Sequence record: OQ674104.1
Direction: 5' to 3' (one strand)
From: Salmonella phage KKP_3822
DNA: 32,000 nt
Below are positions 1 through 6,236 of the stretch, piece by piece; within the stretch, counting starts at the first letter, position 1; the number at the start of each line of letters is the position of its first letter. The notes under the pieces are model-generated. The model had not been told where the DNA came from, searched no databases, and saw only the letters and a program-made list of their open reading frames with translations. A program made the position numbers and the translations under genes.

Positions 1-45
1 TAGGAAGGGAAACGCGAATGATAATGAGAGTGACTCGCATTTAGA

Positions 46-185
46 AAGCGAAGTGAGAAACACTGTTATTTAAGTTATCCACCGGTTTATTAACAGCACG
101 ATTTGACTTGACAAAATCCTAGCGATTTTGAGGCGTTATCCACAGACTTATCAACAGGTTATTCTACTGTATATTTATACAGTAT
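46..185. repeat. Left arm of a long degenerate inverted repeat containing DnaA-box-like 9-mers
   Basis: AAGTGAGAAACACTGTTATTTAAGTTATCC...GTTATCCACAGACTTATCAACAGGTTATTCTACTGTAT aligns with the reverse complement of about 3630-3760. It contains TTATCCACC (75-83), TTATTAACA (87-95), TTATCCACA (136-144, perfect) and TTATCAACA (148-156). Confidence 0.75.
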
Positions 186-214
186 TCCTGCGTAGTGAAT
201 AACTCTAATATAGC

Positions 215-241
215 TCTAAAACGCTCTGTAACGCATTCTAA
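215..241 (+). repeat. 27-bp direct repeat, copy 1 (TCTAAAACGCTCTGTAACGCATTCTAA)
   Basis: Identical to 4051-4077 by reading. Confidence 0.85.
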
Positions 242-295
242 CGCGTTTATTTTTGGAGGAGGTATTTTAATAAGGGGAAATTTGTTTGCAGGCAG

Positions 296-324
296 AAAAG
301 GCGGGGCCAGATTGTTGCGCCCCG
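296..324 (-). terminator. Rho-independent terminator for minus-strand small genes
   Basis: Minus strand reads CGGGGC GCAACAATCTG GCCCCG CC TTTT immediately after a stop codon at 331-333. Confidence 0.65.
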
Positions 325-330
325 TTATTA

Positions 331-574
331 TTAGTCTGTTATGTATTCTTTCTCGTAGTCGTCAAAGATCTGGACGGTTTCGGCTGGCGTATATCCGTAT
401 GAATCAAAATAAAAGCGTACATGTTGAAACTGAGTTGATCCACGCTCCTAGCGTTGCCGTATCAGCTCCGCTTTTCTGCATTTCTAAAAATTGCGCGTAT
501 TGCGCATCAGTTAAATGATGTTGCATAATATCGGTTTCTTTACGTTCCACATATCGTAAAATTCTTACAGCCAT
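331..574 (-). CDS. Small pre-early protein (about 80 aa), frame-broken: MAVRILRYVERKETDIMQHHLTDAQYAQFLEMQKSGADTATLGAW... / DSYGYTPAETVQIFDDYEKEYITD
   Basis: Coherent minus-strand coding in two frames joined near 404-414 (TTTTATTTTGATTC). Followed by a terminator; continues a minus-strand gene run. Confidence 0.5.
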
Positions 575-705
575 GCCATCGCTCCTAGAATGAGAATGAT
601 TATTATTACCATTACAAGCCCGCTACTAAATCGTAAACGCTGGGAATGTTTCCCAGCGGTATTATTAGATTTATGGGTTTGCGTTTTACGCCACCAGCTA
701 TTCAT
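565..705 (-). CDS. Small single-pass membrane protein (46 aa): MNSWWRKTQTHKSNNTAGKHSQRLRFSSGLVMVIIIIILILGAMAWL
   Basis: Open minus-strand frame, hydrophobic C-terminus; overlaps neighbouring starts and stops as in compact phage operons. Below the length cut-off of the provided ORF track. Confidence 0.5.
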   Translation of the reverse strand: MNSWWRKTQTHKSNNTAGKHSQRLRFSSGLVMVIIIILILGAMAWL

Positions 706-916
706 GATGTTACATTCTCAATAGTCAGTTTTGCCCGGATAGTAGTTCCCCATAACTCGCCACCTTTACCCCGTACACTTGGAAGCCATTTCCATAATTC
801 ATCATACCCGGTCAACATTCCTAGCGATGCAAGATTAGCAATAAAACCGGCTATAGTAACCGCTTCCAGTGAAACTAGTTACACGATTATTAATAACTAA
901 AATAAACTTTTTCATT
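702..916 (-). CDS. Small protein (about 71 aa), frame-broken: MKKFILVINN... / EAVTIAGFIANLASLGMLTGYDELWKWLPSVRGKGGELWGTTIRAKLTIENVTS
   Basis: Two minus-strand frames join near 865-880. The stop overlaps the start of the next minus-strand gene. Confidence 0.5.
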
Positions 917-1247
917 GCGCTACCTTTCGAAACGCCGTTTCAATACTATCAGCGGTGGATTGAATATACGCGCCTTTCATAATTAGGCGCTCTGTACATA
1001 CTTTGCGGAAAATGTCAATAAATTCATTTTCATTTTCTGCAATTAACGCTTCCCCCATAACCTGAACGTCACAAGACCCAAAAGTTAAAAATTGAAACGC
1101 TAGTTCACGGGCGACAATGGCATTAATCTTATAATGTGCTTTGCCTTCATAGATATTAATTACGCCTTTATAAACTGGTGAAAGCTGATTTAAATAGTTT
1201 GCTAATAATGCCGGACGGCAATATAGTAATAAAGCGATTGCCCTCAT
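912..1247 (-). CDS. Hypothetical pre-early protein, 111 aa
   Basis: ORF track; compact tandem arrangement with neighbouring minus-strand genes. Confidence 0.6.
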   Translation of the reverse strand: MRAIALLLYCRPALLANYLNQLSPVYKGVINIYEGKAHYKINAIVARELAFQFLTFGSCDVQVMGEALIAENENEFIDIFRKVCTERLIMKGAYIQSTADSIETAFRKVAQ

Positions 1248-1258
1248 AAATAACCATT

Positions 1259-1471
1259 TTATAACACTCCCCGAAATGCAGCGTAAAAAGTGGCAAAGTG
1301 TTTAACCGTTTCGGCTACCAAATTGCCGCGCTTGTCAAATTTCTTTTCTGTAACACGAAACGCGTTTTTGTTGCGTGCTACATATTCGATTTTACAATCT
1401 GGACGCTCGAACGTGTTAACATCCACCAGCTTAAAACCTTTAGAACGGGCAAGGCTTACATTTTTTAACAT
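1259..1471 (-). CDS. Hypothetical pre-early protein, 70 aa
   Basis: ORF track; start codon closely follows the stop of the upstream minus-strand gene (1474-1476). Confidence 0.6.
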   Translation of the reverse strand: MLKNVSLARSKGFKLVDVNTFERPDCKIEYVARNKNAFRVTEKKFDKRGNLVAETVKHFATFYAAFRGVL

Positions 1472-1473
1472 TT

Positions 1474-1624
1474 TTATCCCCCTTTACCAGTCATACAGCC
1501 TAACAGGTAAGAAAACCCCGCGATACCCGCGCCGATAATAACGGCATGAACACCGAAAGCTATTGCAAACAACGATAAAATAGCGCCCAAGATACCTGCT
1601 AGAACTAGATCGAAAAATAACCAT
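1474..1624 (-). CDS. Small membrane protein (about 49 aa), frame-broken: MVIF(x)DLVLAGILGAILSLFAIAFGVHAVIIGAGIAGFSYLLGCMTGKGG
   Basis: Strongly hydrophobic coherent frame. Length 151 nt implies one extra base near 1605-1615; preceded on the minus strand by TAGGAG. Confidence 0.55.
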
Positions 1625-1674
1625 TTTATTAGCTCCTAGAAATTAGGGGCGATAAAGTAACGCCCCTTTATTAA

Positions 1675-1902
1675 TTACATTAAAACAATTTTTGCCGCTT
1701 GCTTTTTGGTGCAGTGGTTAGCTTTCAATTCATCCAGCAAAAATCCGGCTGTTTGCTGATCAATCTTGTCATTGTCGTAAAGCTCCTGAATGGTAACATA
1801 AGTTTTACCAATCCCAAACTCCGAAACCATAACGCTGACAATAGTGGGAACGGATACCCATTCCATACCATTAAAAATTGCAGAAGATGATGAATGTACC
1901 AT
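1675..1902 (-). CDS. Hypothetical pre-early protein, 75 aa
   Basis: ORF track; TCTAGGAGG-type ribosome-binding site upstream on the minus strand. Confidence 0.6.
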   Translation of the reverse strand: MVHSSSSAIFNGMEWVSVPTIVSVMVSEFGIGKTYVTIQELYDNDKIDQQTAGFLLDELKANHCTKKQAAKIVLM

Positions 1903-2013
1903 TTAACGCCTCCTAGAAATCAGGGAAAATTTTCAATCCACCGTTTCGGTGTAAAGGCATTATAACAAAAAAGGCCGCCGATTAGGGCGACCTTTACAAA
2001 ACTTTACATTAGA

Positions 2014-2280
2014 CTAATTCTTCTTCGCAGGTTTTTTTTTTAGGTTTTCCCGGGTTTTGCTGTTTTTTGTTGTTTTTTTGCCGTGTTTTTTGTTTTCGGT
2101 TTATGTCGCTTTTGCGTTTATTGTATGTAGCTGTTTTTTTTTTCTTCCGTTTTTCGTCGGAGGTTTTGGGTGTTTGGCGTCCGTCAGCGGGGTGTCCTCC
2201 GTAGTCGTGCGTGATCGTTTGTGTTTGTCCCCTTCTGGAGCTTTTTTTTCTGTTCCTACAATTACATGCGCTTTCAGCAT
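2014..2280 (-). CDS. Very lysine-rich basic protein (about 88 aa), frame-broken, ending ...QNPGKPKKKPAKKN
   Basis: Minus strand reads MLKAHVIVGTEKKAPEGDKHKRSRTTTEDTPLTDAKHPKPPTKNGRKKKQ..., then INRKQKTRQKNNKKQQNPGKPKKKPAKKN in another frame. It competes with plus ORF 2057-2320. Confidence 0.4.
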
Positions 2281-2334
2281 TTTGGGTAAAGGACCCTTTT
2301 TTCCATTTGCCCTACATTAACAGGGAAATAGTAA

Positions 2335-2355
2335 AGCGGGGAAATAATCCCCGCT
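2335..2355. repeat. Palindromic stem-loop AGCGGGG-AAATAAT-CCCCGCT (family member 1)
   Basis: Perfect 7-bp stem just beyond the stop (2364) of the minus-strand gene. Confidence 0.75.
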
Positions 2356-2363
2356 AGTAATTA

Positions 2364-2720
2364 TTATTCTGTTTCGGTGTTAGTGGTAAAGGTAGAAATG
2401 TCAATACCTTTTACCATTTCATCGATCATTTCAGCAATATTGAAACTTTGTACCATTTCCAACATTGCCGCTTCCATTGCCGCGCCTGCTACCGCTTTAG
2501 CTTTCGCATTAGTCGGGGCGTACTGGTCAACCGCTACACTCAGCAGGTTAGCGATCACTACACGACCAATCGGCGTATCAATATACCCTTTAATCATAAA
2601 CGGTGCTTTTTTCGCCGCTACTTTTGTGATTTGAGTCAGTGCAATTTTACCCGCTTCCAGTTTAGCAGCGTTTACAACGGCGGATTTATTAGCAGCAACG
2701 ATAGAAGATACTTTAGACAT
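2364..2720 (-). CDS. Alanine-rich small protein (118 aa): MSKVSSIVAANKSAVVNAAKLEAGKIALTQITKVAAKKAPF...
   Basis: Strong SD on the minus strand (AAAGGAAATATT-ATG). The 201-aa track ORF 2364-2969 probably fuses this gene with an upstream one. Confidence 0.65.
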   Translation of the reverse strand: MSKVSSIVAANKSAVVNAAKLEAGKIALTQITKVAAKKAPFMIKGYIDTPIGRVVIANLLSVAVDQYAPTNAKAKAVAGAAMEAAMLEMVQSFNIAEMIDEMVKGIDISTFTTNTETE

Positions 2721-2969
2721 AATATTTCCTTTATTTTCAGTAGTTTGCGCATTTGCGCTTGAAGTTTGAGATTGTACAGCCTGTTTTGTTACATTGTCAA
2801 GCGGTAAAAGTGTAAATCCAGCGTTTACAACGTTTGATTCATTCCCATACTCTAAATAATCGTTAGGGATCAACATGTTACCGCTAGCGCGTTCAAAACA
2901 CAATACGCCAGTTGTTTCGATTGCGTCACTATCCGCACGTTTATAATGGCGCTTGTCAATTCGCCCCAA
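2721..2969 (-). CDS. Probable separate upstream gene (MGRIDKRHYKRADSDAIETTGVLCFERASGNMLIPNDYLEYG...), fused in-frame in the track
   Basis: Internal SD plus ATG at 2720 argues that two genes lie within the 201-aa ORF. Confidence 0.4.
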
Positions 2970-3012
2970 ATACTAGTTAATAACGATCCGTCTACTATCC
3001 AGCTGGAATTAT

Positions 3013-3153
3013 TTACCATTTACGCGATGTAGCGAATACCATTTCCTTTTCTTGTACATTATAACCACGGGCAATATAGCTTTTTTCGTCATAACCAACA
3101 ATGATAAAATCAATATCAGTTCCCCGACTGATTTCGGATAATGTGATAGTCAC
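3013..3153 (-). CDS. Small protein (46 aa, GTG start): VTITLSEISRGTDIDFIIVGYDEKSYIARGYNVQEKEMVFATSRKW
   Basis: Coherent minus-strand frame without internal stop; the true start could be further upstream. Confidence 0.4.
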   Translation of the reverse strand: MTITLSEISRGTDIDFIIVGYDEKSYIARGYNVQEKEMVFATSRKW

Positions 3154-3204
3154 GGTTGTAAAGTACTAGAACGCGGGTAGGGTCTAGTAATTGTGTGAAA
3201 TCAC

Positions 3205-3375
3205 TTAAACTGAATAATGAGTATCATTATTATCTAAAATATCATCGTGAATCTTTTCAACCATTGCCGCCGTATGTTGTAGGCTTGCTGCGTACTTGAT
3301 CCGTCTAGCAGGTTGCGCAAACTACCCTTTAATAATAGTGGCGTTTGCTGGTACTGCAATTCTTACAGTAGACAT
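3205..3375 (-). CDS. Small protein with in-frame TAG: MSTVRIAVPANATIIKG*FAQPARRIKYAASLQHTAAMVEKIHDDILDNNDTHYSV
   Basis: GAGGGAGAC SD-like sequence upstream on the minus strand. The internal amber could reflect compensating indels. Confidence 0.35.
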
Positions 3376-3629
3376 TTCTTTGTCTCCCTCGTTAATCGGT
3401 GAGTGAATGATATAGATAATTGTTCGCTAGGGGCAAGAAAAAAAGAAAAGGTTTTTTATTTCTTGCTTACTGCCTGTTTTTATGATAACCGCGCGTTTTC
3501 TATTTCTAGCTCTCTGTAAGCGTACACAAGGCTTTATTATAATAAGGGTAGCAGTGAGAAAACCGCTTAGAACGCGTTTTATGCCGCTTAAATTTGATTG
3601 CGGTTGTTACTGCTACCATTCTACCCTGT

Positions 3630-3760
3630 GTATTTATACAGTAGGATAACCTGTATATAAGTCTGTGGATAAGTCTCCAAAACGTCGCCTATTGCGTCAA
3701 GTTATTTTGTGCTGTGGATAACTTTGTGAATAACCTAAATGATAGTGGTTCTCACTTAGC
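3630..3760. repeat. Right arm of the long degenerate inverted repeat; DnaA boxes
   Basis: TGTGGATAA at 3664-3672 and 3713-3721, TGTGAATAA at 3725-3733 (all match the complement of TTATNCACA), plus TGTATATAA at 3652-3660. Aligns in reverse complement with 46-185. Confidence 0.75.
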
Positions 3761-4050
3761 CGATAGTTTCTTATAGTTATTATTTCTCTTTAATTTATAA
3801 GTATATTATATAATATGAAATAGTTAGTTGGCTAATAGGTTTTTAAAGTATTAATAGTCCGCTAACTGTTTCGGCTGTTACAATCCACCAGCGTGATTAT
3901 CCTCCTAGTGATTATTAGTCTGCTAATGATCTGATACACGTCCAGACTTATTTGTCAATGCAAAATAATAGCAGAAAATACTTTTTTGAAAAATCAAGTG
4001 GATAACTCATTAAATTTCATTTTTGCTTTTTGTATAAGTTATTAACAGTG

Positions 4051-4077
4051 TCTAAAACGCTCTGTAACGCATTCTAA
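4051..4077 (+). repeat. 27-bp direct repeat, copy 2
   Basis: TCTAAAACGCTCTGTAACGCATTCTAA, identical to 215-241. Confidence 0.85.
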
Positions 4078-4414
4078 GCGCCTTTGATGAAAAGCTATCC
4101 CATCATAAGGGGAGGTGTCCGAAAACCTCACCACGAGGATTTTAGATTTTGTCAAGTAGGCAAGAGCAGAAATAAATGAAAAAATTACTTGCTAAACTGC
4201 TTATTTGTGTGTTATTCGTGCGCCCGTTTCATTAAATTTAGTGCGCCGCTGGACGTGGTGCGGTGGCGTTTGTCTTTACGTTTCTTTACAAAAATAAGGT
4301 TGCGCCCTTCTCGGTATTCTCTTATTATTTATCACGTAGGGCGGCAATGACGAAACTACACGGCGGGGATAACAGCGATTGACAGTCTGTTTGACCTTTC
4401 AAAACCCTGCCATG

Positions 4415-4452
4415 CTCTTTAAAAACTAGGGAACATCTTAAAGCCTATCGGC
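4415..4452 (+). repeat. 38-bp inverted repeat, left arm
   Basis: CTCTTTAAAAACTAGGGAACATCTTAAAGCCTATCGGC; 37/38 match to the reverse complement of 4702-4739. Confidence 0.9.
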
Positions 4453-4484
4453 GGTAAACTTATACATTATAAGGAATCGACGAT

Positions 4485-4694
4485 ATGAAACAAACGCTTT
4501 TGATCACTGGCAAGCCTATCAAGCCACTTGATAGCAGAACAAAAAATTTGTTGATAGTAGCGCAAAAATCGGTAAAATACCGATTCAAGCAATACAAGAA
4601 AGGTAAGCAGCAAGGTCTGGAAATGGTGTGGCGTAATATAATGATTGATTTATATAACTCACATCAAATCGAAAAAAGTTTAAAAAACGCTTGA
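4485..4694 (+). CDS. Hypothetical protein, 69 aa, basic, bracketed by the 38-bp inverted repeat
   Basis: ORF track; AAGGAATCGACGAT-ATG with SD-like AAGG. Confidence 0.6.
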   Translation: MKQTLLITGKPIKPLDSRTKNLLIVAQKSVKYRFKQYKKGKQQGLEMVWRNIMIDLYNSHQIEKSLKNA

Positions 4695-4719
4695 CACGCT
4701 AGCCGATAGGTTTTAAGAT
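4691..4719 (+). promoter_or_regulatory. Sigma70-like promoter TTGACA-17 bp-TAAGAT
   Basis: TTGACA 4691-4696, spacer 17, TAAGAT 4714-4719; the TGA stop of the 69-aa ORF overlaps its -35. Confidence 0.6.
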
Positions 4720-4739
4720 GTTCCCTAGTTTTTAAAGAG
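4702..4739 (-). repeat. 38-bp inverted repeat, right arm
   Basis: GCCGATAGGTTTTAAGATGTTCCCTAGTTTTTAAAGAG. Confidence 0.9.
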
Positions 4740-4926
4740 TGATAACTTGATAAAATTTGACGGTCGGCACTTACCATAATGTGCCCCGCCCCCTAACTGG
4801 GATATAGCGGCCCGCGTGGAGTTCTTTAAATTTATTATATTGGCGAGCGGATTATAATCTAATAGCGTTTCAAAGTATCGAGGCGCTATTGTGGAATAAT
4901 CCCCCCAATAAACCGGAGTATTAAAA

Positions 4927-5184
4927 ATGCAAAACGTTATCACCGCACCGAAAGTGGGCCAATCCGTTTTTATTCCTTTCGTTACTAAAACGGATGAATT
5001 AACTGGAAAAGCCGAACGTATTAAAGGTGCGGCGCTTGATCCTTTCGATAAAATCGAAGCGGTATACGCGGAAACGGAACGCAGTAACAACGGCAAGCCA
5101 ATTTATAACGTTCGCGTTAAATCTGGCGACGTTGTAAAAATCATTCAGAAAGATGATAAATGGCAAGCTATTAGCATAAATTAG
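4927..5184 (+). CDS. Hypothetical pre-early protein, 85 aa
   Basis: SD CCGGAG upstream of ATG; coherent composition. Confidence 0.7.
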   Translation: MQNVITAPKVGQSVFIPFVTKTDELTGKAERIKGAALDPFDKIEAVYAETERSNNGKPIYNVRVKSGDVVKIIQKDDKWQAISIN

Positions 5185-5429
5185 TGTTACTTTTATATAT
5201 GCTTAGTTAGGAATAAAGATAATGAAATATTTAGGTGAAGGAATAATAAAAGGTATAAATAAATTTTTATTAATTTTGGAAGGGAAAGGGAAAAAAAAAA
5301 AATATGGGAAAAAAAAAACCTGAAATAAAAATAAAATGTTTCCGTTATATATTCTAGGCTAATAGAAATATAACGATTAACATTAGTTAATCATAATCCC
5401 TTAATTAATAATTGAACGGAGTATTTATT

Positions 5430-5849
5430 ATGTCTAACGTTAAAACCGAAAAAGCCGCAAAATTCTCTTGGAATGAAGAAAACACGCAGAAAGCTGTTTC
5501 TTTGTATTCTGAAATGATCGAAAAAAATGGCGTTGAATTTGCTAACAGTGACGGCTTAAAAGAAATCGCCGCCGCCGTTGGCGCGGCTAGTCCCCGGTGT
5601 CTGTTCGCTCTAAATTGACCAGCGCAAAAGCGTATCAGAAAAGCGATAAGCCGCGCAAAGTTGGCGGTGGTAGCTCAATCCGTAAAGCTCACTATGTGCG
5701 CGTCATTGCTAAACATGCCATTGATAGCGGCATTATCAAAGACGCCGACGATCTGGCAAGTCTTGGAAAGTGCTAAACTGGAAACGCTGGACGCCGTAGC
5801 GCAATTATTAGGCGTTGCCGATGAAGTGAAACAAGCAGCGGGCGAATAA
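5430..5849 (+). CDS. A2: T5 A2-like pre-early DNA transfer protein, split by two frame changes
   Basis: MSNVKTEKAAKFSWNEENTQKAVSLYSEMIEKNGVEFANSDGLKEIAAAVGAASP then VSVRSKLTSAKAYQKSDKPRKVGGGSSIRKAHYVRVIAKHAIDSGIIKDADDLASL then ESAKLETLDAVAQLLGVADEVKQAAGE, joined near 5591-5597 and 5761-5768. SD ACGGAG at 5415-5420. Resembles T5 A2 from recall. Confidence 0.75.
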
Positions 5850-5858
5850 ATTTTAATC

Positions 5859-5878
5859 AGCGGGGAATATTCCCCGCT
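5859..5878. repeat. Perfect 20-bp palindrome AGCGGGGAATATTCCCCGCT (family member 2)
   Basis: Immediately downstream of the A2 stop. Confidence 0.85.
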
Positions 5879-5899
5879 ATCCCTTAAAGGAGAATAATT

Positions 5900-6124
5900 T
5901 TGATCTTTTATCCTAGCGAAGCGTTTATTTTGGGCTTATTTATTATTGCCGCCGCTTTTATTCTGAATTATACGCGGTCAATTCTGGCAATAATCGGAAT
6001 TAATAACGTTTACGCCGCAAATAATTTCCGCAAAAACGCGAATATTCAAAAATATATGTCAATCATCTTTCTTACAATTGGCATTGTCTTCGGCTTTTGT
6101 TCTAGTTTAATGCCGATTAATTAA
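5900..6124 (+). CDS. Small membrane protein, 74 aa, TTG start
   Basis: AAAGGAG SD; two hydrophobic segments. Confidence 0.6.
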   Translation: MIFYPSEAFILGLFIIAAAFILNYTRSILAIIGINNVYAANNFRKNANIQKYMSIIFLTIGIVFGFCSSLMPIN

Positions 6125-6136
6125 ATGTTGCAAATT

Positions 6137-6176
6137 ATAACGCCTTTAAAAGTCCTCACTTCAGGCAAGGCGTTAT
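6137..6176. repeat. Intergenic inverted repeat ATAACGCCTT...AAGGCGTTAT
   Basis: 10-bp perfect arms at 6137-6146 and 6167-6176. Confidence 0.6.
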
Positions 6177-6236
6177 ATTTGGCAATATTGCCGGCTTTAA
6201 AATGTTTTAAATCCCTTTAATGGAGTTAATTAATAT

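Noticed and set aside
195-518. 107-aa plus-strand ORF
   Set aside because: Lies antisense to a more coherent minus-strand gene with its own terminator, and overlaps the repeat region.
585-612. Fur-like sequence GGTAATAATAATCATTCTC
   Set aside because: Encodes the hydrophobic run MVIIIILIL of a small membrane protein, so the match is likely due to Ile codon repetition.
646-900. 84-aa plus-strand ORF
   Set aside because: Antisense to two coherent minus-strand small genes (565-705, 702-916).
2057-2320. 87-aa hydrophobic plus-strand ORF
   Set aside because: Probably a reading of a T/G-rich tract. The minus-strand Lys-rich reading fits the neighbouring gene direction better, though this is not settled.
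3400-4180. CRISPR-like or tRNA cluster in the non-coding repeat region
   Set aside because: Repeats are few, irregular and inverted, without spacers; no cloverleaf or CCA-type tRNA pattern was recognised.
4725-5096. 123-aa minus-strand ORF
   Set aside because: Overlaps the better supported plus-strand 85-aa gene with SD and covers a non-coding leader.
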